Source: an uncultured delta proteobacterium (GTDB lineage Bacteria > Desulfobacterota > Binatia > UBA9968). Taken from it: a DNA stretch of 64,000 nt. The stretch's first letter is position 1; every line of letters begins with the position of its first letter. This document shows positions 41,210 to 51,959 of the stretch, piece after piece. A model generated the notes under the pieces. The model made no database searches. It was given only the letters and a program-made list of their open reading frames with translations, and had not been told where the DNA came from. Where the stretch lies: the NCBI GenBank assembly GCA_963760795.1, contig CAVXEP010000004.1, positions 32,001-96,000 on the forward strand. Direction: 5' to 3'. The position numbers and the translations under genes were made by a program.

Positions 41210-41563
41210 CTACCAACGATTGCGGCCACCGCCGCCACCACCACCCCCACCACCGCCACCGCGGCGCTCGCCGCCGCGATCGCCGAAACCACCGCCGCCA
41301 CCGCCGGGACGTCTTTCCTGGGGCCGCGCTTCGTTGACCGTCAAGTTGCGACCTTCGAAGTCGGTGCCGTTGAGGGCTTGGATCGCCTTCTGCGCTTCGT
41401 CCGAGTTGGCCATCTCGACGAATCCGAAACCACGCGAACGACCGGTGAACTTATCCGTGATCACCCGGGCCGACTCCACCGCGCCGTGGGTCGAGAACAG
41501 GTCCTGTAGTTGTGCATCCGTGGTCGCGTACGGCAAACCACCCACGTAAATTTTACTGCTCAT
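41210..41563 (-). CDS. RRM (RNP-1) RNA-binding protein with Gly-rich tail
   Basis: IYVGGL (RNP2), RGFGFVEM (RNP1), LTVNEARP; AAGGAG RBS. Confidence 0.95.
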   Translation of the reverse strand: MSSKIYVGGLPYATTDAQLQDLFSTHGAVESARVITDKFTGRSRGFGFVEMANSDEAQKAIQALNGTDFEGRNLTVNEARPQERRPGGGGGGFGDRGGERRGGGGGGGGGGGGRNRW

Positions 41564-41899
41564 GCTCTCTCCTTTTAAACATCGGTTATGGTCTTTGCCC
41601 TGAGCACTGATCACCGCTGGCAGCAGAACATGGAGGATAGACACGCTCTGGTCGGATTGTCCGCGTGGCACCGAACTGCAAGGTAAGACGCCCTAGACCT
41701 TCAACTTTACTTTTATTTGTCACTATCAGAAGGCCCCATACTGATGTGTAAAAAAAGCTTAACTTAATCGGCCCGCCGCGTGCAAGCCTAAAAAGGGTGA
41801 AATTTTCGCCCCTAAAACCACGGCCAACGGTTGCAGCAGCGGTGATTTTCGTATTAATGAGTTCTAATCTTAAGCGAATTTTACAAGGAGGAGTAGACG

Positions 41900-42655
41900 A
41901 TGTATCAAACCAATGAGTACGAAGGCATGATCGCAGAAACCGTGACCATGCAAGGACATAAAGGCGAAACCATCAATGCTTACATGGCCCGCCCGCTGGG
42001 GTCCGGACCGTTTCCCGGGATGGTCTTGATCCACCATGCGCCCGGCTGGGACGAGTGGTATCGCGAATGCACCCGCCGCTTCGCCCATCATGGCTATGCG
42101 ACGATCTCGCCCAACCTGTACTTCCGCGACGGCCATGGCACGGCGGAAGACGTCGGCGCCAAGGTGCGCGCCGCCGGCGGCATCCCCGACGAGCAGGTGC
42201 TCGGCGATCTCGATGGCGCCAACAAATTGCTGCGCTCCATGCCCTATCTAAACGGCAAGGTCGGCATCTTCGGCACCTGCTCCGGCGGACGCCATGGCTT
42301 TCTCGCCGCATGCCGGACCAAGGGCATCGACGCGCTGGTCGAATGCTGGGGCGGCGGCGTGGTCATGAAGCAAGAAGAACTGACGCCGAAAAAACCCGTG
42401 GCGCCGATCGACTATACCAAAGACCTTTCCTGTCCGATGATCGGCATATTCGGTAACGACGATAAATCGCCGTCGCCGGAACAAGTCAACGCGCACGAGG
42501 CCGAACTGAAGAAACAGGGCAAAAAATACGAGTTCCACCGCTATGACGGCGCCGGCCACGGCTTTTTCTATTACGATCGTCCGGCTTATCGTCAGGAACA
42601 GGCGGTCGATGGTTGGAAAAAGGTTATGGCCTTCTGCGAGAAAAACTTGAAGTAG
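41900..42655 (+). CDS. Dienelactone hydrolase family protein
   Basis: GTCSGG nucleophile elbow, GNDD, AGHGF. Confidence 0.9.
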   Translation: MYQTNEYEGMIAETVTMQGHKGETINAYMARPLGSGPFPGMVLIHHAPGWDEWYRECTRRFAHHGYATISPNLYFRDGHGTAEDVGAKVRAAGGIPDEQVLGDLDGANKLLRSMPYLNGKVGIFGTCSGGRHGFLAACRTKGIDALVECWGGGVVMKQEELTPKKPVAPIDYTKDLSCPMIGIFGNDDKSPSPEQVNAHEAELKKQGKKYEFHRYDGAGHGFFYYDRPAYRQEQAVDGWKKVMAFCEKNLK

Positions 42656-42672
42656 GCAGCGGAGGATCCATC

Positions 42673-42963
42673 ATGTGTACAAGCATTACCCATCAAGCAA
42701 AAATCTATGGCCGCGGCAAAAGCGGCCAAGAGTGGATTGAGCTCAAAGAGGCCAATGTCTCCTACGATCATCCCTATGGCATGCCGCTCGAACATGCGCT
42801 GAACATCGATTTCGTCGATGAGTCCAAAGGACCCGGGGCGCGTGTCGCCGTCGAGTTGAGCGTCGACGCGGCGCGTCAACTGGTTCAGACCATCCAAGCC
42901 GTGCTCGCTCAAGCCGAGCATCAAGGCGTCTTGGAAGACAAGCACCAAGCGGCCGTCGGTTAG
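42673..42963 (+). CDS. DUF6295-like small protein
   Basis: MCT...G.GK..W...YDHP...EHALNIDF...RVAVEL; GGAGG RBS. Confidence 0.7.
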   Translation: MCTSITHQAKIYGRGKSGQEWIELKEANVSYDHPYGMPLEHALNIDFVDESKGPGARVAVELSVDAARQLVQTIQAVLAQAEHQGVLEDKHQAAVG

Positions 42964-42979
42964 TTTGACAAACAAATTG

Positions 42980-43011
42980 GGGCGGCGAAGCTAAAAACGA
43001 CTTCGCCGCCC
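42980..43011 (+). terminator. GC-rich hairpin after operon
   Basis: gggcggcgaag-N10-cttcgccgccc, lacking a U-tract. Confidence 0.5.
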
Positions 43012-43086
43012 TCGTCACCCTTCGCAATCCTTCTCCACTCGCGCTATAGCTGTCGGTAACTTTTCAAATTCATCGATCTCGTCCCA

Positions 43087-44337
43087 TTGGCTGATTCAGA
43101 AGAAATAAATAACCGCGCCGAGGCCGCGCCGACGCGCCCCTGGGCTTCGCTGGCGATCCGCGATTACCGCTTGATGTGGATCGCCAGCGTCTGTAACGCC
43201 GTGGCGATCCAGGTGCGCAACGTCGCCGGGCTCTATCAGGTCTACGAGATTTCCGGGTCGGCATTACAGTTGGGTCTCACCGGCTTTTTCCAAGCGTTCC
43301 CCTTCGTCATATTCGGACTTTTCGCCGGCGCGGTGGCTGACGCTTTCGACCGTAAGAAGCTTCTTGTCGTCACCGTGGCGATCCAGCTGATTCCGAGTCT
43401 TCTGCTCGGCTTCTTGACCATGACCGGGACGATTCAGGTCTGGCATATTTTCACTCTGGGATTTGTCGGCGCGCTGGTCGAAGTCTTCAACTGGCCGGCC
43501 CGTTCGGCGTTGATCCCGCGGTTGGTGCCGCCGTCTTACATGATGAACGCGGTGACGCTGAATACGATCATCATCCAAACCAGCTTTCTCTTGGGCCCGG
43601 CGCTGGGCGGCGTGCTCATCGATCACAGCGGCTTGGTCTTCACCTATTTTCTCACCATCGCCATGTTCATCCCCTCCGGCATCGCGATCTTTTGCATGCG
43701 CACTTCCGGCGTTCCTGAAGGCGAACGGCGCCGGGTCAATCTGAAAAGCATTTTCGAAGGCATCGAGTTTATCTGGGTGCAGCGAATCGTCTTGTCGCTG
43801 TTCCTGCTCGACTTCGGCGTCACCTTGGTGGGATTTTATAAACCAATCCTGCCGATCTTCGCCGCCGATGTTTTCAAGACCGGCGCATCCGGGTTAGGCA
43901 TTCTCTACGGCGCGCCGTCGCTCGGCGCCATCGTCGGCTCGGTCGTCCTATTGATGATCGGCAACGTCAATCGGATGGGAGTCTTGGTCGTGTGCGCCGC
44001 GCTGATCTTTGCCGGCAGTCTGACGCTGCTGGGACTGTCCGATTCGTTTTGGCTGGCGGTGGGCGCGACCTTGATCTTGGGCTTCACCGATTCGGTGAGC
44101 GTGGCGATCCGCCGCACCGTCGTGCAAATGCTCGCCCCCGACGGCATGTTGGGCCGCGCGTCGAGTTTGATCACCGCCTTCGCTCAAGCGACTAATGGAC
44201 TAGGCGCCGTCCTCGCCGGCGTCGCCGCTCAGCAAGTCGGCGCGCCCAACGCGCTGCTGCTCGGCAGCGCGCTCTGCTTCGTCATGATCCTGGGAATCTG
44301 CCTGGCGATCCCGCAACTGTGGCGCTACCGGTCGTAA
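43087..44337 (+). CDS. MFS transporter (EntS/DHA3-like)
   Basis: Many hydrophobic segments; GAVADAFDRKK motif A; GPALGG. Confidence 0.9.
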   Translation: MADSEEINNRAEAAPTRPWASLAIRDYRLMWIASVCNAVAIQVRNVAGLYQVYEISGSALQLGLTGFFQAFPFVIFGLFAGAVADAFDRKKLLVVTVAIQLIPSLLLGFLTMTGTIQVWHIFTLGFVGALVEVFNWPARSALIPRLVPPSYMMNAVTLNTIIIQTSFLLGPALGGVLIDHSGLVFTYFLTIAMFIPSGIAIFCMRTSGVPEGERRRVNLKSIFEGIEFIWVQRIVLSLFLLDFGVTLVGFYKPILPIFAADVFKTGASGLGILYGAPSLGAIVGSVVLLMIGNVNRMGVLVVCAALIFAGSLTLLGLSDSFWLAVGATLILGFTDSVSVAIRRTVVQMLAPDGMLGRASSLITAFAQATNGLGAVLAGVAAQQVGAPNALLLGSALCFVMILGICLAIPQLWRYRS

Positions 44338-44344
44338 AAAGAAA

Positions 44345-44464
44345 TTGGCCGCAAAGAACACATAGAACTCAAAGAATGATTGCCGGATTGTCGGGGCCGG
44401 TTTTAAACCCGCCCCCGACGATTCTGCATTTCTTTATTGTGAACTTTGCGTCCTTTGCGGCTAA
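44345..44464. repeat. CGCAAAG palindrome with GTAG-like REP nested in loop
   Basis: ggccgcaaagaac...gtcggggccggttttaaacccgcccccgac...ctttgcgtcctttgcggc. Confidence 0.8.
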
Positions 44465-45705
44465 ACGATCCCCGCGTCTTTGAGCTCTCTCAGCCTCTGC
44501 TTCGACAGCCCCAACTCACCACAGAGAATCTCGTCGTTGTCTTCGCCCAACTTGTGGCCAAGAAAGTCCACCGAGCCGGGGGTAGCGGAGAACTTGGGCA
44601 CGACGTTTTGCACGATCGCTTCGCCCAAGTCCGGATCGGGCACGCGCACCATCGCTTCGCGGGCGCGATACTGGAGATCGCGGAAGGCATCTTCCATGTC
44701 GAAGACGGCGGAATAGGCCACGCCATGCTTGTCGAAATGCTCGATCACCTCGTCGCGGGTATGCTGCTCGATCCAGGCGCCGACGACACCGTTACACTCG
44801 ACGGTATTTTCCACCCGCGCCGAATTGTCGATGAACTTGGGATCGGTGGTCATATCTATGCGGCCGATCGCCTCGGCGAGCCTCAACCAGACGCTCTGCG
44901 TGCTCGCCGCAAGGGTCAAATACTTGCCGTCCTTGGTTTTGAACATCGAACTCGGCGCCACGTAGGCGACGCGATTGCCGGTGCGCTTATGCACGATCTT
45001 CATCTGATCGTACTGGATCGGGTCGAAGTCGAGGAAACGGAAGACCGCTTCATAGAGCGCCAGATCGATCATCTGGCCTTCGCCGCCGCGCAGATCTCGG
45101 TGATAGAGCGCCATCATCACCGACAGCGAACCAAAGATACCGGCAATCAAATCGCCCAGCGGATAACCCGGCGACATCGGCGGGCCGTCCGGTTCGCCGA
45201 TCAGATTGGTCAAGCCGCTCATCGCCTCGGCGACCCGGCCAAAGCCGGCGCGATTTTTATACGGCCCGGTCTGGCCGAAACCGGAAATGCGCAGCATGAT
45301 GATGCGCGGATCGATGGCGCGGATGGCGTCGTAGCCGATGCCCCATTTTTCGAAAGTGCCGGGACGGTAGTTCTCGACGATGACATCGGTGCCTTTGACA
45401 AGTTTTCTAAAGATGTCCGCGCCTTCCGGCTTGCCGAGATCGAGGGTGATGCAGCGCTTGTTGCGCGACACCGACTTCCACCACAGCGGGATGCCGTCCA
45501 TGATCGGTTCGAGCTTGCGCTGGCCGTCGCCGTATTTCGGATGCTCGATTTTAATCACATCGGCGCCAAAGTCGGCGAGCAACACCGTCGCGAAGGGCGC
45601 CGCCACCATGTTGCCGGCGTCGATCACGCGCACGCCTTTGAGGGGTTTGTGTTCGCTCTTTTTGGTCAGAGGAAAATCATAATGTTCTTTCGCGTAATCA
45701 GCCAT
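44461..45705 (-). CDS. CoA-transferase family III (CaiB/BaiF)
   Basis: PLKGVRVID, ADFGADVIKIEHP, RNKR, ENYRPG, GFGQTGPY. Confidence 0.93.
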   Translation of the reverse strand: MADYAKEHYDFPLTKKSEHKPLKGVRVIDAGNMVAAPFATVLLADFGADVIKIEHPKYGDGQRKLEPIMDGIPLWWKSVSRNKRCITLDLGKPEGADIFRKLVKGTDVIVENYRPGTFEKWGIGYDAIRAIDPRIIMLRISGFGQTGPYKNRAGFGRVAEAMSGLTNLIGEPDGPPMSPGYPLGDLIAGIFGSLSVMMALYHRDLRGGEGQMIDLALYEAVFRFLDFDPIQYDQMKIVHKRTGNRVAYVAPSSMFKTKDGKYLTLAASTQSVWLRLAEAIGRIDMTTDPKFIDNSARVENTVECNGVVGAWIEQHTRDEVIEHFDKHGVAYSAVFDMEDAFRDLQYRAREAMVRVPDPDLGEAIVQNVVPKFSATPGSVDFLGHKLGEDNDEILCGELGLSKQRLRELKDAGIV

Positions 45706-45839
45706 TTTTTGCTTTGTCCCTCGTTCAGTCGGCCATTTTACGCATAAAAAACCGCGGAAATAAACCAGGCTCGTTTGACGATGCTATCCCGCCTGGCCTA
45801 TATCCAAACGAGCAAAATCTATCGATGGAGGAATAGGCA

Positions 45840-46619
45840 ATGGCAGAACCCGCAAAGGTAGTTACAGGCATCGGCAAAGCCGAATTACATCGCATCCTGG
45901 TGCGCGGCTACGATTTGAATAAGGAGTTGGTCGGCCACATCACATTCACCGGCATGACCTCGCTGATCTTGCGCGGCCGGCTGCCCACCGAGAACGAAGC
46001 GAAAATGTTGGACGCCCTGATGATCATCCTGGTCGAGCATGGCATGGTCTCCCACGTCATCGCGGCGCGCTTGATCTATCACTGCGCTCCGGAAGCGATG
46101 CAGGCGGCCGTGGCCGCGGCGCTGTGCGGCGCCGGCAGCGTCCATTTGGGCTCGTCGGAATGGTCGGCGAAAATGCTCGCCGACGCCCTGCCCGCCGACA
46201 CCAAGAACCCCGAATACGACGAAATCGCCACCAAGATCATCGACGACTACACGGCGCGCAAACAGCGCATGCCCGGCATCGGCCACCGGACTCATGCGGA
46301 AGGCGATCCCCGAGCCGAGACGCTTTTTAACATCGCCCGCAGCACGGAAGTCTACGGCAAATATTGCGAGCTGATTCAGCGGCTCTCGAAACTCTCCAGC
46401 GACCGGCGCAAGCGCTTGATCCCGGTCAACGTCACCGGCGCCATCGCTGCCATCGCCCTCGACATGGGTTATCCCTGGCAGATCTCCAAAGCCTTCGCGC
46501 TGATCGGTCGAACTTTAGGCGCCATCGGTCATATCGCCGAGGAGATCCAAAACCCCATGGCGCCGCAGATCGACCTGGCGATCAAGCAAGCGCTGGTCTA
46601 CGAACCGGTGCGAACTTAG
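45840..46619 (+). CDS. Citryl-CoA lyase / citrate synthase-like protein
   Basis: VRGYDL, EHG, HLG, PGIGHR.H..DPR, VNVTGAIAA. Confidence 0.8.
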   Translation: MAEPAKVVTGIGKAELHRILVRGYDLNKELVGHITFTGMTSLILRGRLPTENEAKMLDALMIILVEHGMVSHVIAARLIYHCAPEAMQAAVAAALCGAGSVHLGSSEWSAKMLADALPADTKNPEYDEIATKIIDDYTARKQRMPGIGHRTHAEGDPRAETLFNIARSTEVYGKYCELIQRLSKLSSDRRKRLIPVNVTGAIAAIALDMGYPWQISKAFALIGRTLGAIGHIAEEIQNPMAPQIDLAIKQALVYEPVRT

Positions 46620-46658
46620 AAGATTTCTTTCGCGATCCATCTTTCGGGACTCGGCTAT

Positions 46659-46740
46659 TGTAGAGGCGGACCTATGTGTCCGCCCGCTGCTCATTTCAAT
46701 CGACCCATGAACGGGCAACCACATAGGGTCTGCCTCTACA
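46659..46740. repeat. GTAG-tagged REP inverted doublet (REPIN-like)
   Basis: tgtagaggcggacctatgtgtccgcccg ... cgggcaaccacatagggtctgcctctaca. Confidence 0.88.
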
Positions 46741-46807
46741 AGTCATCACTTTGTTTGCTCCAGTTCCCGGCTTTTTGTTCTAATGCGCCCAGCAAAAGGA
46801 GAAGCGA

Positions 46808-47570
46808 ATGAGTCTACCAAAACATTCTGAGCGCGCGCGTCGATAGGGTCGCCGTGATCACCTTGAATCGTCCGGAGAAATTAAACGCCATGAGCTACGA
46901 GCTCGCCGCCGATCTCGATGAAGAGCTCGGTAATATCGAAGGCGACGACGAAGTCCGCTGCGTCGTGCTCACCGGCGCCGGACCGCGGGCGTTTTCCTCT
47001 GGCGGCGACATTCACCAGATGGTCAAATCGACACCCGAAGAAATGGCTGCGCGCACCGACAAGCGCCGCGAAATGAACTGGCACCTGGCGACCTTCACCA
47101 AGCCGATCGTCGGCGCCATCAACGGCATCGCCTACGGCGCCGGCGCCCAGCTGACGACCATGCTCGACATCCGCATCGGTTGCGAAAACACCGAGATCCA
47201 GTTCCTCGCCGCCAAATACGGCCGAGCCAACTCGACCTGGTCGCTGCCGTTAGTAGTGGGCATGGCAAAAGCCAAAGAACTACTCTTTACCGGCCGGCCG
47301 ATCCGCGCCGAAGAAGCCGAGCGCATCGGCCTGCTCAATCAAGTCGTTGCCAGCTCGCAGCTGCTCGACAGCGCCATCGCCATGGCCAAACAGATCGGCG
47401 ACAACGATCCGCGCATGGTCCAAGGCATCAAGAAGCTACTTGACGACGGCGTCGGCGCCCCCTGGCGCGAGCGTTTCGACGCCGAGCAGAACGCCAGAAA
47501 GAACAAGCTCAAGGCCAACTCGCCGCGCGAAGGCTTCAAAGCATTTCTCGAGCGCAAGGGAATTAGCTAA
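46808..47570 (+). CDS. Enoyl-CoA hydratase/isomerase, frameshift just after start
   Basis: AGGAG RBS + ATG 46808; YQNIL...ITLNRPEKLNAM, AFSSGGD, KPIVGAING. Confidence 0.88.
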
Positions 47571-47587
47571 ATGTCACGGTTCGTTTT

Positions 47588-47671
47588 CGTCATTCCGGCG
47601 TAGGCCGGAATCCAGGTTTTATACCAGCGAACCGAGGACGAAGATGGATACCGGCCTGCGCCGGTATGACG
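47588..47671. repeat. CGTC-type REP inverted doublet
   Basis: cgtcattccggcgtaggccggaatccag ... tggataccggcctgcgccggtatgacg. Confidence 0.88.
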
Positions 47672-47695
47672 GAGTAAAGATTCAGGAGTAATCCC

Positions 47696-48850
47696 ATGTC
47701 CCTCAGCGTCGCTGAAAACCAACTGATCACCCATATCGGCCCCGGCACGCCCGGCGGCGAAATGATGCGTCGCTACTGGCACCCCATCGGCTTCGCCGGC
47801 GAGCTCAAAGGCCGGCCGCTGCGGCGCCGCTTGCTTGGCGAGGACTTAGTGCTATTTCGCGACGATCAAGGCAAGCTCGGCATTCTCACCCTGCGCTGTC
47901 CGCACCGCGGCACGTCGCTGGAATTCGGTCACATCGAGGACGGCGGCTTGCGCTGCTGCTACCATGGCTGGCTGTTCAGCACCGAAGGCAAGATCTTACA
48001 GATGCCGGGCGAGCCGCCCGACAGCACCTACAAAGACCGGATCAAGCAAAAAGCTTACAAGCTCGAAGAGCTCGCCGGCATGTTGTTCGCCTATCTCGGC
48101 CCGGAGCCGGCGCCGCTCTTGCCGCGCTGGGATGTGCTGGTGCGTGAAGATGGCGTGCGCGCCATGGCCGGACGCGTGATGCATTGCAACTTCCTCCAAG
48201 CGGTGGAGAACAGCGTCGACCAGCATCATTTCAAATGGCTGCACCGCACGCCCAAGACGAGCTTGTGGTCCGGTGAAACGCTGACATCCGATCCGTTCGA
48301 ATTCGGCATCAAAGCGACCTTCACGCGCACCGTCAGCGCAGGCTCGTTCATGACCAAAAGCTTTTTCCTGTTTCCCAACATGAACAAGGTCGGCTATCAC
48401 CTGAACGAAGATCATCCCGCCGCCTTCGCCGCCACCCACGAAGGCTACGAAGCGCTGCGCTGGCGCGTGCCGGTGGACGACACCAACACCATGCACTTCA
48501 CGCTCTACTTCGCGCCGATCGTGAATGGCAAAGTCACGGCGAAAATTCCCAAGGACCAATCCGCCGAAGGCTTGGGCGATAGCGTGCTCGGCAAATACCG
48601 TTGGGACGAAGAGACCGGTTGGATCGCCCGCGGCGATCAAGACCGCTGCGCTCAAGAAAGCCAGGGACCGATCTTCGACCGCAGCGGCGAGCATCTCGGC
48701 GTCTCCGACGAAGGCGTGATTCAACTGCGCCGCATGTTCAGAGAATGCATCGAGGCGGTGCAGAGCGGCAAAGATCCGGTCGGTGTGGTGCGCGATCCGG
48801 TAATGAACAGAATGATCACCATCGTGCCTGGAGAAATCCAGGTCGCATGA
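47696..48850 (+). CDS. Rieske oxygenase subunit (phthalate 4,5-dioxygenase/LigXa-like)
   Basis: CPHRG...CCYHGW Rieske motif; ENSVDQHH..WLH; QD...QESQG. Confidence 0.9.
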   Translation: MSLSVAENQLITHIGPGTPGGEMMRRYWHPIGFAGELKGRPLRRRLLGEDLVLFRDDQGKLGILTLRCPHRGTSLEFGHIEDGGLRCCYHGWLFSTEGKILQMPGEPPDSTYKDRIKQKAYKLEELAGMLFAYLGPEPAPLLPRWDVLVREDGVRAMAGRVMHCNFLQAVENSVDQHHFKWLHRTPKTSLWSGETLTSDPFEFGIKATFTRTVSAGSFMTKSFFLFPNMNKVGYHLNEDHPAAFAATHEGYEALRWRVPVDDTNTMHFTLYFAPIVNGKVTAKIPKDQSAEGLGDSVLGKYRWDEETGWIARGDQDRCAQESQGPIFDRSGEHLGVSDEGVIQLRRMFRECIEAVQSGKDPVGVVRDPVMNRMITIVPGEIQVA

Positions 48851-48884
48851 TACTTGGGTCATGAATGGCGCAATGCTCTTGGAT

Positions 48885-48975
48885 CGTCATACCGGCGCAG
48901 GCCGGTATCCAGGTTGAGGGGTATGGCGGATGGACCCCGGTTTTCACCGGGGTGACGACAAAGCCGGCATGACGG
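48885..48975. repeat. CGTC-type REP doublet with nested copy
   Basis: cgtcataccggcgcaggccggtatccag ... tggaccccggttttcaccggggtgacg..gccggcatgacgg. Confidence 0.85.
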
Positions 48976-49057
48976 AATGGGACGCGGGCGAATTGAGGTT
49001 TAGATTTTTGAAACCCTCGGCATAGCGGTCAAAACAAATCAAGTCGGAGGAATACTA

Positions 49058-50157
49058 TGAAATCAAAGGTTCATCACAGAGTTTTTCGCGTTAAGCTCTT
49101 ATGTTATTCGCGTTGACCTTGACAAGCGATCCCAAAAAACTCAATCGCGCAAGAAACCTTGGACTCGCTCATCGCCGCGGCCAAGAAGGAAGACGAGCTC
49201 GTGTTTATCGCCGGGACATCGACCTTCGGCGGCCGCAAGGGTCTGGCCGATCTCGAAGCGGCGTTCAATAAACGCTTCGGCACCAAGATGAAGATCAGCT
49301 TCGCCGCCGGCCCGGACATGAACGCCCGCGCGGCGCGCCACATCACTGAGATCAAAGCTGGGCGTAAAGTTTCTTCCGATATATTTCTCGGCTCGCAGTC
49401 GCATCAAGCGCTGCTGCACAAAGAAAACGCCCTTGAGAAAGTGAATTACGCGGGGCTTTTTTCTTGGGTGACCAAAGAGATGGAAATTTTTCCCGGCGAA
49501 ACCGTACTGACTTATACCTCGCCCAACGGCATCGTCTACAACAAAGACTTGATTCCCAAAGACAAAGCGCCGAAAAACTATGCCGACTTGATCGATCCAA
49601 AACTTAGCCCGGCCTGGGCCGGCAAGATCGCCATCCCACCCTATGTCGCCTGGCTCGCCGAGCTTTCGCTGGTTTGGGGTCCGGAGAAAGTGAAGGACTT
49701 CACGCGCAAACTCGTCGGCATCAGCGCCGGGCGCCTGCGTTACAGCGAAGAAGAGCGGGTCGTCAGCGGCGAATTTCCGATCATGGCGAACTTTGGCGAC
49801 GCGTTAAGCGCCATGTGGACCTGGCAGCCCAAAGGGGCGCCGCTAGTCGCCGTCCCCGGGGTCACACCGATCAACACCGATTACTTTCAACTGAGCGCGC
49901 CAAAGAACGCGCTCCATCCCAACTTGGCCAAGCTCTTCGTCGCCTTCATGGCGACCCGAGAGGCCCAGGCGATTCTGCAAAAATATGAATCGCGCAGCTC
50001 CCATCTGGTCGAGGGCACGATCATGCAAAAGTATCTCAAAGAAAACAAAATTGCCGTCCAAGAGCCCAAGCTGTCCATCGGCTATTATCTCAAGGGCGAG
50101 ACTGACGAAGGTCTACAGTTCAAAGAAGAGCTGGCAAAAATCCTCAAAGGCTCATGA
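49058..50157 (+). CDS. ABC substrate-binding protein, frameshifted signal peptide
   Basis: GGAGG RBS + ATG; AQETLDSLIAAAKKE, KGAPL, HPNLAKLF. Confidence 0.8.
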
Positions 50158-50160
50158 CGT

Positions 50161-50281
50161 GGTCGGAAGTCAGAGATCAGAAGTCAGAGATCAGAGGTCG
50201 GAAACTCAGAGGTCCGATCTCGGTGAACGTTGAACTTTTGAACCTTGAACCTTTGAACGAACTTTTCGGAACGTTTTGAAC
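50161..50281. repeat. TCAGA heptamer run plus TTGAAC run
   Basis: agtcagagatcagaagtcagagatcagagg; tgaacgttgaacttttgaaccttgaacctttgaac. Confidence 0.8.
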
Positions 50282-50303
50282 GCAGGTAATCAGGAGATCA
50301 GCG

Positions 50304-51437
50304 ATGTTATCGACGGAAGAAAATGAAACCTTAACCCGAGTCGGCCCCGCCACCCCCGCCGGCGCCATGCTGCGGCGCTACTGGTGGCCGGTGGGTTTTA
50401 CCGAGCATGTGCAGATCAAAGGCAGCCCGGTTAGAACTCAACTCCTGGGCGAAGAGTTCGTATTATTTCGCGACGGCGGCGGCCAGCTCGGCATGGTCGA
50501 TCTGCACTGCTCACACCGCGGCACGTCGTTAGAGTACGGCCGGGTCGAAGATCGTGGCATCCGCTGCTGCTACCATGGCTGGCTCTATGACACCAAAGGT
50601 AACTGTTTGGAACAACCGGCCGAACCGGCCGACAGCACGTTCAAAGATCGGATCAAACATCCGGCCTACAAAGTTCAAGAACTGGGCGGCTTCATCTTTG
50701 CCTACATCGGTCCCGATCCCGCGCCGCTCTTGCCGCGCTACGATTTACTGCTTGAAGAAAACGGCGAGCGCGTCATCGGCGCCGGCACGGAATATTGCAA
50801 CTGGCTGCAGCGCGCCGAAAATTCCGTTGACCAGACGCACCTGGTGGCGCTGCACGCGCCCGAGTATCCGCAGATGGCGTTGAAGCGGCCCGAGATCGCG
50901 TGGCAGCAAACCGACTACGGCGCCAAGATCACCATGCATGTGCCGGGTGTATCCAAGCCCAAGCATTCCCACTGGGTATTTCCCTCGCACACGCGCCACA
51001 CCACCGCGCGCAAGGGACGCATCCCCGATCATGCGATCCGTTTTCGCGTGCCCATCGACGACACCAAAACGAGGACGTTCTGGCTGCGCTTCACGCCCCA
51101 CACCGAAGCCGAGCGCGGCCAGCCCTTCGTGCAAAAAACCATCGGCTTCGAGGACGACAAGCCCGGCGCTTATACCAGGGTCGACGACGGCTGGTGGGGT
51201 ATCGCTTCCCATGATCAAGACCGCGTCGCCCAAGAAAGCCAAGGACCGATCTACCAGCGCAGCAAAGAACACCTGGGCGCGTCCGACCAGGGCGTGATTC
51301 TGTTACGCGACGTGATCCGCCAATCGATAGACGCCGTGCAGCAAGGCAAAGACCCCTTCTGGACACTGCGCCAACCCGAGCACAACCAGCGCATCACTTT
51401 CGACGCCAGCATGGCCGAGATCGGCACGCTGGGGTAG
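50304..51437 (+). CDS. Rieske oxygenase subunit (phthalate 4,5-dioxygenase/LigXa-like)
   Basis: CSHRG...CCYHGW; ENSVDQTH..LH; QDRVAQESQG. Confidence 0.9.
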   Translation: MLSTEENETLTRVGPATPAGAMLRRYWWPVGFTEHVQIKGSPVRTQLLGEEFVLFRDGGGQLGMVDLHCSHRGTSLEYGRVEDRGIRCCYHGWLYDTKGNCLEQPAEPADSTFKDRIKHPAYKVQELGGFIFAYIGPDPAPLLPRYDLLLEENGERVIGAGTEYCNWLQRAENSVDQTHLVALHAPEYPQMALKRPEIAWQQTDYGAKITMHVPGVSKPKHSHWVFPSHTRHTTARKGRIPDHAIRFRVPIDDTKTRTFWLRFTPHTEAERGQPFVQKTIGFEDDKPGAYTRVDDGWWGIASHDQDRVAQESQGPIYQRSKEHLGASDQGVILLRDVIRQSIDAVQQGKDPFWTLRQPEHNQRITFDASMAEIGTLG

Positions 51438-51530
51438 GTGGATTAAGCGCCGGCAAAGCGCTAGGTTCTCGACTCCACACCGCGGTGAGACGACAATTCC
51501 CGGCAAGTTAAATAAACAAAGGAATTACCA

Positions 51531-51719
51531 ATGAACGAACAAGACGCCATCGAGCGTGCCTACGGCGCAGCCGTCGAAAGTCTGTGCAAGGCATTTTACG
51601 ACGACTTCACCGCGGCGAACGGCAGCCCCAATGCCGAAGCGGGAGCCAAGGAACGCTTTCGCAACGGCATCATACACGCCCGCCAAGCCCACAAGATCGC
51701 CCTAGAACTGTTGCCCTAA
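51531..51719 (+). CDS. Hypothetical protein (62 aa)
   Basis: AAGGA RBS, ATG, protein-like helical composition, intergenic position. Confidence 0.6.
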   Translation: MNEQDAIERAYGAAVESLCKAFYDDFTAANGSPNAEAGAKERFRNGIIHARQAHKIALELLP

Positions 51720-51783
51720 CAGATCTCGCAGAGCGAGCCTTTTCGTTCTCTCAACATCAACGAATAAGTGGGGCACCCGCCGA

Positions 51784-51893
51784 CCGTCATTTCCGCGAAC
51801 GCGGAAATCCAGGTGCGGACCATGTCCGTCATACAGTGAAAACGGTATCCAGATGATGATCGGTCTGGATTCCCGTTTGCACGGGAATGACGG
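51784..51893. repeat. CGTC-type REP cluster
   Basis: ccgtcatttccgcgaacgcggaaatccag ... ctggattcccgtttgcacgggaatgacgg. Confidence 0.85.
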
Positions 51894-51959
51894 AGAAAGA
51901 AGGATGTGCGGTGTTTGTCGATCTTGAGGCAGGAAATCTACCATCGAATAGTCGATCAA

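Noticed and set aside
41666-41680. sigma54-like TGGCAC...TGCA (also 62001-62014)
   Set aside because: GG-to-GC spacing is 9 or 8, not 10
49058-49160. TGA codons near the SBP start as selenocysteine
   Set aside because: They lie in a frameshifted signal peptide with no redox motif or hairpin
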